DNA from: Chloroflexota bacterium
Lineage (GTDB): Bacteria > Chloroflexota > Limnocylindria > P2-11E
Assembly: GCA_005883625.1 (NCBI GenBank)
Contig: VBDU01000071.1
Span: 89,439-153,438 of the forward strand
Direction of reading: 5' to 3'
Length of the DNA: 64,000 bases
Positions 51,209 through 61,394 of this stretch are shown piece by piece (within the stretch, counting starts at the first letter, position 1; every line of letters begins with the position of its first letter). Under the pieces are notes generated by a model. That model made no database searches. It was given only the letters and a program-made list of their open reading frames with translations, and had not been told where the DNA came from. A program made the translations under genes and the position numbers.

Positions 51209-52516
51209 GTGGTAAGTAGTCCTGAGACCGTCCAGACGCCGACGACGTTGGGCGAGCGCGTGCGGGCCGCACGTCGCGAGCTCGGGATGAGCCAGGCGCA
51301 GCTCGCGGGCGAGGAGCTCACCAAGGGCTTCATCAGCCAGATCGAATCCGGGCTCGTTCGACCATCTGTTCGGTCCCTGCAGATCATCGCCACCCGTCTC
51401 GGACGTCCCCTCGATTACTTCGTCGGTGACGAGCCGCTCGCGGCGACCAAACGGGTCCGTTTCCACCGGCTCGCCGCGGAAGCCGCGGTCGAGCGTCGCG
51501 ACTGGCCGGTCGTCCGTAGCGAGGCCTCGGCCGCCCTCGCGTCCGCGGTGCCCGCTCGTGAGCGCGGGGCGCTGCTGCGGCTCGTCGCGCTCGCCGACCT
51601 CGCCGCCGGAGACGCGGAGGCCGTCTTCGAACGCGTCAGCGAAGCGCTCCGGATCATCGACGTCACCGTCGATGCGTCCGAGGTCGCGCGTCTCCTGCAC
51701 CTGCGGGGCCAGGCGTACCTGCGTCACGGACAGCTCGGCGCGGCGGTCGAATCCCTCGAGGCGTCCCGCGACACGCTCGATCGTCACGAGGTCGCCGACC
51801 CGCGTCTTCGCGCGCGCGTCCTCGTGACGCTCGCGACGGCGTATCGCCGTCTCAATCGCGCGGCGAAGGCCCTGTCGACGTACGAGTCCGCCCTTGCGCT
51901 CGCCGCGCGCACGTCGGAGATCCGCACGGCGGCGCAGGGCTACATGGGCATCGCGGTCTCGCTGTACGACTCCGGCGAGCTCGACGGCGCGATCAACAAC
52001 TACGCGCGCGCGCTCGAGCTGTTCGCGCGTCTGGGTGACACGTCCTTCGAGCTGTCCGTCCTGCAGTCGCTCGCGACGGTCCATGTCGAGCAGGGCGAGA
52101 TCGAGGCTGCGCGCCGCGCGGCGGAGCGCTGCCTCGAGCGCGCTGACGCCGTCGACGACCCGAACATGCGGGCGATCGCCGAGACGATCCTCGCCCGCGT
52201 CGCGCTCGCGGAGGGCGACCACGAGCAGGCGCTCCGCGTGGTGACGAAGGCCGAGTCGGCGCTCGCCGCGCTCGGCGACGAGCGGCAGCGGGCGGACGCC
52301 CTGCGCGTCATGGGCCTCGCGCATCACGCGGCTGGGGATCACGCGGCGTCGGACCGCGTCTTCCGGCAGGCCGTCGCGATCCTCACCGAGATCAAGGACC
52401 AGCCCGATCTCGCGGCCGTCGCCGGCGAGTACGCGCGGCTTCTGCGCGCGCGCGGCGACGCCGAGGCCGCCTTCGACATGCTCGAGCTGTCACGAGGTCC
52501 GAGCGCGAGGCACTAG
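51209..52516 (+). CDS. XRE-family HTH transcriptional regulator with TPR repeats
   Basis: LGERVRAARRELGMSQAQLAGEELTKGFISQIESG (HTH_XRE), then about 350 aa of TPR-like helical repeats. GTG start; the 539-aa track ORF upstream portion is excluded. Confidence 0.7.
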   Translation: MVSSPETVQTPTTLGERVRAARRELGMSQAQLAGEELTKGFISQIESGLVRPSVRSLQIIATRLGRPLDYFVGDEPLAATKRVRFHRLAAEAAVERRDWPVVRSEASAALASAVPARERGALLRLVALADLAAGDAEAVFERVSEALRIIDVTVDASEVARLLHLRGQAYLRHGQLGAAVESLEASRDTLDRHEVADPRLRARVLVTLATAYRRLNRAAKALSTYESALALAARTSEIRTAAQGYMGIAVSLYDSGELDGAINNYARALELFARLGDTSFELSVLQSLATVHVEQGEIEAARRAAERCLERADAVDDPNMRAIAETILARVALAEGDHEQALRVVTKAESALAALGDERQRADALRVMGLAHHAAGDHAASDRVFRQAVAILTEIKDQPDLAAVAGEYARLLRARGDAEAAFDMLELSRGPSARH

Positions 52517-52558
52517 GTCGGGTCCGAGGTGCGGAGCCCCTCGACGTAGCATCGAGCC

Positions 52559-54307
52559 GTGCCTCGCGAAGCCCTCCATCTCGACAACGACGCGGTCGCG
52601 CACGTCCTCGACGAGATCGCGGACCTCCTCGAGCTCAAGGGCGAGAACGTCTTCCGCGCCGTGACGTACCGGGCGGCGGCGCGCTCGATCCGCGATCTGC
52701 GAGAGCCGCTCGCCGAGCTCATCGAGCAGAAACGGCTCAAGGAGATCCCCAAAGTCGGCCCCTCGGTCGGCGAGGCGATCGAGCAGCTCGTCGCGACGGG
52801 GAGATCGATCCGCCACGAGGAGCTGCAGGCGGCCGTGCCGACCGGGCTCCTCACGCTCCTGGGCGTCCCGGGGGTGGGGCCGGCGACCGCGCGAGCGATC
52901 TACGACCACCTGCGCATCACGACGATCGACGAGCTCGAGCAGGCCGCGAAGGACGGCCGTCTCCGCCAGCTCCCGAAGATCCAGACGAAGACGGAGGAGA
53001 ACATCCTCAAGTCGATCGCCGCGCTCCGTCAGCGGACGGGACGCGCGCTGCTCAACGAGGCGCGCGCCGCGGCGAACACGATGCTCGCCTGGCTCCGCCA
53101 GGAGACCGGACTCGAGCTGCTCGCGATCGCGGGCAGCCTGCGGCGCTTCCGCGAGACGATCGGCGACGTCGACATCGTCGCCGGCAGCGACGACGCGCCG
53201 CCGATCATGGCCGCCTTCGTCCGCGCCCCGACGGTCGAACGCATCCTCGCGAACGGCGACACGAAGTCTTCGGTGCTGGTCGCGCGCGGGATGCAGATCG
53301 ACCTGCGCGTCGTGCCGCCCCGCTCGTGGGGCGCAGCGCTCCTCTACTTCACCGGCTCGAAGGAGCACAACGTCCGCCTGCGCGGGATCGCGCTCAAGCG
53401 CAAGCTCCTGCTGAACGAGTACGGGCTCTACCGCGTCGGCGCCGAGGCGCGCGGCCAGGAGCTCGCCTGCGCCAGCGAAGAGGAGATCTACGCCGCGCTC
53501 GAGATGGACTGGATCCCGCCGGAGCTGCGCGAGGACCGCGGCGAGGTCGACGCGGCGTCGCGGCATGCCCTTCCCGCGCTCGTCGCGGTCGGCGACATCA
53601 GGGGCGACCTTCACACGCACACGAACTGGACCGACGGCCGCGACCCGCTCGAGACGATGGCGCTGCGGGCGAAGGCGAAAGGCTACGGCTATCTCGCCGT
53701 CACCGACCACTCGCCCGGGCTTGGGATGACGAACGGGCTTTCGCTCGAACGGGTCCAGGCCCGCCTCGCCGAGGCCGCGGCGCTCAACGCGAAGCTCGCG
53801 CCGTTCCGCATCCTCGTGGGCACGGAGGTCGACATCCGCGCCAACGGCAAGCTCGACTATCCCGACGATGTCCTCGCGCGATTCGACATCGTGACCGCCT
53901 CGGTGCACTCCTCGTTCAGTCAGCCCCGCGATCAGATGACGGCTCGCATCGTCGGGGCCATCCGCCATCCGCTGGTGACGGCGCTCTCGCATCCCACGGG
54001 CCGGCTCCTCGAGCGGCGCGAGCCGTACGACGTAGACCTCGCCGCGGTCATCGCCGCCGCCGCCGAGACGGGGACGCGGATCGAGATCAACGGCGGCCCG
54101 GAGCGGCTCGACCTGCCCGATACCTGGATCCCCCGGGCCATCGCGAACGGGGCCACGCTGGTCGCGAGCTCGGACGCGCACGCGATCGAGGAGCTCGAAT
54201 GGATGGAGCTCGCCGTCGCGACGGCGCGCCGCGGCTGGGCGACCCCGGGCGCGATCGCGAACACGCGCGATCTGGACGCGATGCTCGCCTCTCGCAAGAA
54301 GGCCTGA
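52559..54307 (+). CDS. DNA polymerase X family protein with C-terminal PHP domain
   Basis: Pol-beta-like HhH and palm (GSLRRFRETIGDVDIV), then PHP (HTHTNWTDG...). 582 aa. Confidence 0.9.
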   Translation: MPREALHLDNDAVAHVLDEIADLLELKGENVFRAVTYRAAARSIRDLREPLAELIEQKRLKEIPKVGPSVGEAIEQLVATGRSIRHEELQAAVPTGLLTLLGVPGVGPATARAIYDHLRITTIDELEQAAKDGRLRQLPKIQTKTEENILKSIAALRQRTGRALLNEARAAANTMLAWLRQETGLELLAIAGSLRRFRETIGDVDIVAGSDDAPPIMAAFVRAPTVERILANGDTKSSVLVARGMQIDLRVVPPRSWGAALLYFTGSKEHNVRLRGIALKRKLLLNEYGLYRVGAEARGQELACASEEEIYAALEMDWIPPELREDRGEVDAASRHALPALVAVGDIRGDLHTHTNWTDGRDPLETMALRAKAKGYGYLAVTDHSPGLGMTNGLSLERVQARLAEAAALNAKLAPFRILVGTEVDIRANGKLDYPDDVLARFDIVTASVHSSFSQPRDQMTARIVGAIRHPLVTALSHPTGRLLERREPYDVDLAAVIAAAAETGTRIEINGGPERLDLPDTWIPRAIANGATLVASSDAHAIEELEWMELAVATARRGWATPGAIANTRDLDAMLASRKKA

Positions 54308-54594
54308 TGCGCGCGCGATTCGTCGTTCGCGGCGTCGTGCAGGGCGTGAATTTCCGTTCCGCGACGATGCGCGAGGCGCGGCGTTTCGGGCTGAGCGGGC
54401 GAGTGTGGAACCGCGACGACGGCGCGGTCGAGCTGATCGCGGAGGGCGACGCCGGCGCGCTCGCATCGCTCGAGCGCTGGCTCCACGAGGGACCGCGCGG
54501 CGCCGAGGTGAGCGACGTCGCGCGCGGCGACCTTGCGGGCGAGCCGCGCTACCGCGACTTCAACGTGACCTGGAGCGCGCCGCGGGACGGCTAG
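54307..54594 (+). CDS. acyP: acylphosphatase
   Basis: VRGVVQGVNFRSAT...GRVWNRDDGAVE are the acylphosphatase signatures. TGATG junction. Confidence 0.8.
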   Translation: MRARFVVRGVVQGVNFRSATMREARRFGLSGRVWNRDDGAVELIAEGDAGALASLERWLHEGPRGAEVSDVARGDLAGEPRYRDFNVTWSAPRDG

Positions 54595-54751
54595 CGCGGC
54601 CGCCGCGAATAGCCCTCCATCTGGACGGTCGAGGGGGCGATAGCGAGGTCGACCTTCGGTCCGGCGTGCGGCTGAGCGAAAGCTAAGCACACAGCCAGGC
54701 TGGCACGCCGCGTGCGGAATCGGCCGCGCACGACGAGGTGGGATTCACCGG

Positions 54752-55375
54752 ATGACAAGTCGATTTCCCTTCCGCGCCGCGCGCGGCCTCGCCCACGGCA
54801 TGGTCGGCGTCGTCGCGATCGTCCTCATCGTCGCGGGAGCCCGGATCGCGACCGCTTCCGTGTCGGCGATCAGCCCGACCGCGCAGGGCGCGGTCAGCGG
54901 TGGCGGCACGGTGACCAATCCATGCGGCGATGCGAGCTTCGGGCTGAACAGCGTGCGCCCGAACACCTTCCCCGGCGGGCAAGCGCTCGGACGGATCAAC
55001 TACGACCGGCTCGGGAGCTGCGCGAACGCGCACGTCAACGTCCCGGTGGTCTTGAAGTCGGTGACGGTCAGCTCCACGCCCACGCCGAACGGCACCGGCG
55101 GCGACGCGGCCATCATCGGCGACTGCACGACGGGGGACACGAATACCGCCTGTCCGACGGGGTCGCCGCCCGTCACGCACGTGCTCGTGTTCACGCGGGA
55201 CGTCGCCGATAGCGGAGCGGGCCAGGACCAATTCCAGATCCATTTCCTGAACTGCGTCGGCACGCCCACGCCGCCGACGTCGTTCGGCGCGACGCCCGAC
55301 AACTGCACCGAGCCGCTGCCGTTCGAGGGTGGGCTTCTGACCACCGGCAACATCCAGGTGCGCCTGCCACCGTGA
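54752..55375 (+). CDS. secreted Cys-containing Gly/Thr-rich hypothetical protein
   Basis: Signal peptide, 8 Cys, no family recognised. Confidence 0.5.
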   Translation: MTSRFPFRAARGLAHGMVGVVAIVLIVAGARIATASVSAISPTAQGAVSGGGTVTNPCGDASFGLNSVRPNTFPGGQALGRINYDRLGSCANAHVNVPVVLKSVTVSSTPTPNGTGGDAAIIGDCTTGDTNTACPTGSPPVTHVLVFTRDVADSGAGQDQFQIHFLNCVGTPTPPTSFGATPDNCTEPLPFEGGLLTTGNIQVRLPP

Positions 55376-55387
55376 CAAGGGAGTGAC

Positions 55388-55918
55388 GTGAGCCTGCTGA
55401 ACCAAAAGGCCCGGTCGCTCGGCGCGGCGCTCCTCGCCGTCGCCCTTCTCGTCGGCGCCCTGCCGACGACCGGTATCACGGCGGCCGCGCCGTCGCCGGC
55501 GGTCGGCACGACGCTGCTGGCGGGCACCACGCTGGTGACTGGCGCCGGCTCGGGCGTCTTCCCTGGCGGCGCCGTCTGGGGCGGCGTTGCGCTCAGCGGC
55601 GGGTCGTTCGGACAGGGTGTGGCGGTCTTCGGTGACGGCACCGCGAGGGGAGACTTCCAGATGATCCTCGCGGGGACGAACGTGCTCGGCGTCGCGACGA
55701 AGATCCTCGTGGTCGGCTGGGTGACGGCCGGGGCGGCGAACCCCGATGGGAGCGCGAGCATCAGTGGGACGTGCCGGGTGGACATGCAGGACGGCACGGT
55801 GCCGTCGACCGGTGTCCCCTTCACCGCGGCGATCACGACCGGCGGCCTCCAGCTGACCGTCGGGGCGACGGCCCTCCCGACCCTGGTGAAAAGCGCGGGC
55901 TGGATCTACCTCGAGTAG
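55388..55918 (+). CDS. secreted Gly/Thr/Ala-rich hypothetical protein
   Basis: Signal peptide LLAVALLVGALP, low-complexity G/T/A-rich mature region. Confidence 0.5.
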   Translation: MSLLNQKARSLGAALLAVALLVGALPTTGITAAAPSPAVGTTLLAGTTLVTGAGSGVFPGGAVWGGVALSGGSFGQGVAVFGDGTARGDFQMILAGTNVLGVATKILVVGWVTAGAANPDGSASISGTCRVDMQDGTVPSTGVPFTAAITTGGLQLTVGATALPTLVKSAGWIYLE

Positions 55919-55934
55919 CCGGCCGGGTCCGGCG

Positions 55935-58900
55935 TCACGGTGCGGTGGCGACGGACGAGCGTCGGCGTGACTTCCACACGCGGATCCCGAGCGGCAGCGT
56001 CGGCGCGAGGAGTAGCAGGCCCGCGACGCCTTCGGGGACGATCGTCGCGGTCATAAAGCGCGAGGGGAACGTCGAGGTGCCGGCGGAGAAGAACGAGTTG
56101 TTGCAGTTGTTTCCGGGGCTCGTGAAGGTGACGCTGAACTGAAGGCGGTCGTTCGTGACGAACGTCGCCGCCAGGCTCGCGAACGTGACCGCGATCGGCG
56201 TGACAGGGGTGTTCGGGGCGAGGCTGGTGGAGCCGGTCCCCAGCGACGTGGTCGTCGCGGTCGCGGCGTGATACCAGAGGAGCGCGAAGCTGACGTTGCA
56301 CGTCTTCGAGGTGCTGTTGTTCCACATGTAGACGCTGGTGCTCGTCGTGCCCGCTCCGAGGGCCATCCCGGTGGTGAACGTGTCGGAGCAGAAGGTGTCC
56401 TTGACGCCGGCCCCGCCGGGGAAGCTGAAGCTGCCCGCCGCCGTCGGCGCCGTCTGGTACATGTCGTACGCCCCGGCGCATGCGAACGTCGTCTTCGCAT
56501 CGGAGAGGTAGAAGGTGCTCGACGTGCCCGCGGACGCGTCGGCCGGAACCGCGTTCGCGAGGAACACGACGTTCACCGAGAGTCCGAGCGCGAACGCAAG
56601 GAGCGCCGCGGTGAGGCGCCGGCGGAGGCGTAGCCAGCCGAAGACGAGCAGCGCCAGCGGTACGGCGGTCCCGAGCACGGCGGGGACCGCGTAGTCGGTC
56701 GGCTCGCGTGCGCCCGACGCGCTCGCTGCCTGCACCGAGAGCGCGCCGACGGTGATGATGCCGGCCGCGAGGAGCACGAGGACCGACATGACGGCGATCC
56801 GGACGCCGAGCGAGCGCCTCGCGTGCGGCCGCCGGCGCGTCGGCAGCTCCCACGGCAGGAGGCGCGCCAACCGGAAGGGATCGAGCGCTTCCGTGACGCG
56901 CCCGGACTTCGGCGTCCTGACCCAGCCGCCCTCGTCTCGTTCGAAGAGCGCCTTGAGCGAGGCGTAGGCCTGGAAGGGCACGAGCAGCCAGGACAGGCCG
57001 ACGAACGACAGGATCCCCGCGGCGTCGCGGCGCAGCGAGCCCTCGAGCAGTCATGAGCGGCAGGGCCAGGGCGTTGGACACGATGAGCGACCAGCCGAAG
57101 ACTTCTCCCCACATGGGCAGCTTCTGGTGGAACACGAAGGTGCCGAGCAGCCAGGTGACCGTCCCGAAGCTAAAGAGCACCGACTGCAGGTAGTAGGGGG
57201 CGTAAAAGCAGAACTCGAGCTTCTCCTTGAAGCTCAGATTGGGCGAGCTGATCACCTGGAAGAAGTACTTCTTCACGTTGTAGGTGTGGCCCTCGGCCCA
57301 GCGCATGCGCTGCTTGATGAGCCGCCGGACCGTGCTCACGCACTCCGCGGGGGCCTGGATGTAGGGGGTGTAGAGCACCTTGTACCCCGCCAGGTAGAGG
57401 CGAATGGTCAGCTCCCAGTCCTCGGTGATGGACGTGCTCCAGCCGAGCTTGCGCAAGACGTCGGCGCGGATCATGTAGACCGAGCCCGAGATCATCTTCA
57501 TGGCGCCGAAGAGCTCCTGCCCGGTGCGCTCGAGCACGTAGCTGCCGGCGAACTCGGCACGCACGCCCTTGGTGATCCAGTTCTCGCTGGCGTTGAGCAT
57601 GTGCCACTGGTAGCCCTGCACTGCCGCCAGGCGGTCGCCGTTCTGCGGCACCCCGCTCGCGCTCGACGCGTGGCGCTCGGCGCCCTTTGGCCTTGCCGCC
57701 AGGCGGCCGAAGTAGTCGAGGAAATGCCAGATCGCGTCCGCCGGCGGCACGAAGTCCGCGTCGAAGATGAGCACGTACTCGGTCCGTGGGTTCATCCGCC
57801 CGAGCGCTTCCTGCAGCGCGCCGCCCTTGAAGCCCTTGCGGCTCTCGCGGTGGAGGACGCGGACGCGCGGGTGGTCATCCCAGCGCTTCAGGATCTCGAC
57901 CGTCTCGTCGGTCGAGTCGTCGGCGACGATGACCTCGTAGTTCTCGTAGTCGAACGAGGTGCAGGCCTCCAACAGCCTGTCGACGACGCGGGCCTCGTTG
58001 TAGAGCGCCACCTGCACGGAGATGAATGGCTGGCGTTCGGCCGGCAGGCGCAGCTCGCCGAGGCGCTGCCAGGGATCGGTCGCCATGACCGAGCCCCCCT
58101 CGTCGAGCTTGTCGCCACGCAGGGTGCGGTATCCCGAGCGGTGCTGGCTGCCTGAGTGCGCGCCCTTCGCTTCGCCGCTCGCCCTCAGTCCATACCCCGC
58201 CTCATCGCCGTCGGCATTCCCAGCGCGGTCCGCGCGCTGGCCCCGGTTCTTGCGCGGGAGGAGCCGCACCGAGTCGCCGAAGAGCGCGAGCAACAGCACG
58301 CTCGCGCTCGTGACGTAGTACTTCAGCGCGTACACGAAAAACAGGAAGCCGCAGACGAGCGCGAGCAGCGAGAGGCCAAAGCGCGGTTGGAGCGCGTCGC
58401 GGAACAGGAACGCGAAGCCGCCGAGCCAGACGATCCCGATGACCGCTATGAGCACGTTGGTCTCGAGGCGGCTCGGGATGTCTCCCAGCGCGACAACGGG
58501 CGCCGGCGCGCCCGAGCCCCAGGCGCGCGCAAGGGTCTCGTCCACCTCATCGGCAGTCGCGGTCACCACACTGAGCTTGAGTCGCGTCAGGCGCTGCGCC
58601 TCGGCGAGCGCCGCGAGGTCGAGCGGATCGGCCATCGCGAGGACGCCGTCACCGCCGGTCGCCGCTGTCACGACCACGCGCATGCCGCGTGCGATGTCCA
58701 CGGGCAGCAAGCGCGCGGCGTCGCGCTCGACCGGATCGACCAGGCGCGGGGAAGAGATGCGCGACTCGGTCGGGTCGATCGGCGCGGCGATCTCGGGGTA
58801 CGGGGCCAGCGACACGAGCGGCGTGCCGCTCGCGCGAGCGAGGACGTCGGCGAGCTCGGCCTGTGCGACGAGACCGAGGCGGGTCAGTGTGGCGCCGAGC

Positions 58901-59388
58901 GATTCGCCGGCGCCCGCTCTCGCCAGAGCGTCGTCGACCTGCGCCTCGGTCAGCGCGCGGCTGCCGAGCAGGAGCTCGATGACGCGGCGCCAGTCGGGCC
59001 GAAGTCCGCTCAGCCGCCGGCGAGTGACCAGGGCCGCACCGGTCGCATGGACCGCGCGCCGCAGCTCGTCAGCGGGCGCGTCCTTTTGCACGTAGGTGGT
59101 GGCGCCAGCCGCGAGCGCGAGATCGCGCGAACCGGGGTCGACGGTGAGGAACACGATCCCGATCTCGGGGAGCTCGCTCGCAAGGATGCGCGCGACGTCG
59201 AGGCCCGACAGCCCGGGCATGATGTTGTCGAGGAGGATGAGATCTGGTCGGAGCTTCCGGGCCAGTGCGAGCGCGCTCGGGCCATCGGTCGCTTCGCCGA
59301 CAACGCTGATCGCCGGGTCCGCATCGAGGATCTTGCGGACGCCTTCGCGGACCAGACGCTGATCGTCTGCGATGAGGACGCGCGTCAC
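55935..59388 (-). CDS. REC + MshEN-like (GspE-N-type) + GT2 processive synthase (BcsA/cellulose-synthase-like; D,D,D,QxxRW); apparent frameshift near 57020-57055 joining two reading frames (possible pseudogene or sequencing error)
   Basis: GTG 59388 with AAGGAG 11 nt upstream. Receiver LIADDQ...LILLDNIMPG...T...K. Tandem MshEN-like helices (LLGSRALTEAQVDDALARAG / LTRLGLVAQAELADVLARAS). GT2 motifs DDSTDET, FDADF and QRMRWAEG. A gating-loop-like WVRTPK and further TMs continue only in the other frame (track ORF 55935..56981). The original frame carries on as Arg-rich junk to 55906. Confidence 0.6.
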
Positions 59389-59553
59389 TGCCCGGCTCGC
59401 TCCTTGTATGTCGCCCGCTTGGCGGGCGTGCGAGCAGTGTTCGTTCTGTGCGCTTCCGGCAGGTCCCGCCATCGGGGGATTCCCGGGCCGAATTCCCACC
59501 GTCCTGACAGGGCGGTGCGCTATTGAGACGCGCCCGCTACCGGGCCCCGGCCG

Positions 59554-60534
59554 CTACGGCCGCATGCGCTCCCGCGGGACGACGACGCGCACCGTCGTAC
59601 CGGCGCCTGGCCGGCTCTGGACCTTGATGACGCCGCCCAGGAACGCGATCCGCTCGCGCATCACGAGGAGTCCGAATGCGCCCGCTCCTGGGCGCACCTC
59701 GCCCCACTGCTCGATCGCGAAGCCGCGGCCGTCATCCGCGACGACGATCTCGAGCATGTCCGGCGTCGTGAGGAGCGCGAGCCGGACCTCGTGCGCGGCG
59801 GCGTGGCGCCGCACGTTGCGGAGCGCCTCGAGCGCGACCGCGTAGAGCGAGGACTCCGCGTCGGGCACGAGCGGGCCCGGGTCGTCCATCGCCTCTTCCA
59901 GCGCCCACCCCGCCGTCGCCGCGATCTCGCGCGCCGCGACGGACAGCGCCGCGACGAGCCCGAGGTCATCGAGCGTCGCCGGGCGCACGGCGCCAAGGAT
60001 GTCGCGCGTCGCGCGGATCGCGCGACGCAGGAGCGCCACCGCCTGTGCGATCTGCTCGTTCTCGACCCCCGCGCTTTGCAGCTGGCCGTGCGCCGAGACG
60101 AGGATCGGCGCGAGCTCGTCGTGGAGGTCGCGCGCGAGCGTGCGTCGCAGCTCCTCCTCCTGTGTGAGGAGCTGACCGGCGAACCGCTTGAGGTCGCCGA
60201 AGAGCGTGAGGCGATCGATAGAGAATGCCGCCTGCTCCGCGAGGATGCGCAGGAAGGAGACGGCCTCGTCGCCCGGATGACCGGACTGGCGGTTCACGTT
60301 GAGCACGCCGATCGTCTTCGCCCCGACGAGGAGGGGAAGACAGATCGCGAACTCCACGTCCTTGGTGTACGGCGTGCGCAGCTCCGTGGCGGCGGGGCCC
60401 TCCAGGATGATCGGGGCCTTCCGCTCGAGCGCCTGCCACGAGATCGACGACCCCACCGGGACGCGCGTTCCCTCGAGGCGGTCGCCGCGGCCGGTGCGGA
60501 CCACGAGCGCGTCGCCGGGTGGATCGACGGTCAT
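59554..60534 (-). CDS. GAF-domain HisKA_3 sensor histidine kinase
   Basis: Short GAF (...ICLPLLVGAKTIGVLNV...), H-box ARDLHDELAP, N-box EALRNVRRHA and G1 DDGRGF. Confidence 0.8.
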   Translation of the reverse strand: MTVDPPGDALVVRTGRGDRLEGTRVPVGSSISWQALERKAPIILEGPAATELRTPYTKDVEFAICLPLLVGAKTIGVLNVNRQSGHPGDEAVSFLRILAEQAAFSIDRLTLFGDLKRFAGQLLTQEEELRRTLARDLHDELAPILVSAHGQLQSAGVENEQIAQAVALLRRAIRATRDILGAVRPATLDDLGLVAALSVAAREIAATAGWALEEAMDDPGPLVPDAESSLYAVALEALRNVRRHAAAHEVRLALLTTPDMLEIVVADDGRGFAIEQWGEVRPGAGAFGLLVMRERIAFLGGVIKVQSRPGAGTTVRVVVPRERMRP

Positions 60535-60676
60535 GAGCGAGGCGGAATCGAAGCCGACCGCGTCGTGCGCCGCGTCCAGGACGAGCTGGTGGAGCTCCGT
60601 CGCGTCCTTTGCGTAGCCGATCCGCAGGGTCGCCCGCTCGAGCGCGCGAAGGAGCGCGCCGCCCGAGGTCGCTAGC

Positions 60677-61324
60677 TCAGGCGGTGGCGGATTCGACGAG
60701 GCCGTTGCGGACCGCGTAGATCGCGGCCTGCGTGCGATCGGAGACGTTGAGCTTCTCGAGGATCGCGGCGACGTGGCTCTTCACCGTCTCCGGCGAGAGG
60801 ACGAGCCGCTCTGCGATCTCACGGTTCGAGAGACCCTCCGCGACGAGGGCGAGGATCTCGCGCTCGCGCTTGGTGAGGTTCTTCGCCGCCGGCGGCACGG
60901 GCCCCGTCGGCTTCATCTCGCTGAGCATGCCCTTGAGCATCTGCGATTCGATGAACGCGCCCCCGGAGGCGACCTGACGGATCGCATCCACGAGCTCGTC
61001 CTTCGACACGTCCTTCAAGAGATATCCGGCGGCGCCGGCGCGGACCGCTTCCTTGAGATACGCGGGGTTGTCGTGCATCGTGACCATGATCACGGCGGTG
61101 CGCGGCCGCTCCTCTTTTATCCGTTTCGTGGCCTCGAGCCCGTCCATGTCGGGCATCCGAACGTCCATGAGCACGACGTCGGGAAGCTCTTTGCGCGCGA
61201 TCTCGAGGGCCTCGCGCCCGGTGCGCGCTTCGCCCACGAGCGTGAGGTCGTCGTTCTTGGCGAGCATCGCGGCGATGCCCTGCCGCACGAGCTCGTGGTC
61301 GTCGACGAGCATGACCCGTGTCAT
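60677..61324 (-). CDS. NarL/FixJ-family response regulator
   Basis: MLVDDHELV...VVLMDVRMPDMDG, then a LuxR HTH. Confidence 0.9.
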   Translation of the reverse strand: MTRVMLVDDHELVRQGIAAMLAKNDDLTLVGEARTGREALEIARKELPDVVLMDVRMPDMDGLEATKRIKEERPRTAVIMVTMHDNPAYLKEAVRAGAAGYLLKDVSKDELVDAIRQVASGGAFIESQMLKGMLSEMKPTGPVPPAAKNLTKREREILALVAEGLSNREIAERLVLSPETVKSHVAAILEKLNVSDRTQAAIYAVRNGLVESATA

Positions 61325-61394
61325 CGCCTGCGGATTCTACGGTCGGATGTCGGGGGACTCCGTTCCCGGCTGCTGTCCCTCGCGAGATCGCGCA

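Noticed and set aside
59410-59435. Palindrome GCCCGCTTGGCGGGC between the GAF kinase and the GT2 gene
   Set aside because: It could be a terminator for the kinase / regulator operon or a 5'-UTR structure for the GT2 gene. It is a single short stem, and its function cannot be assigned from sequence alone.
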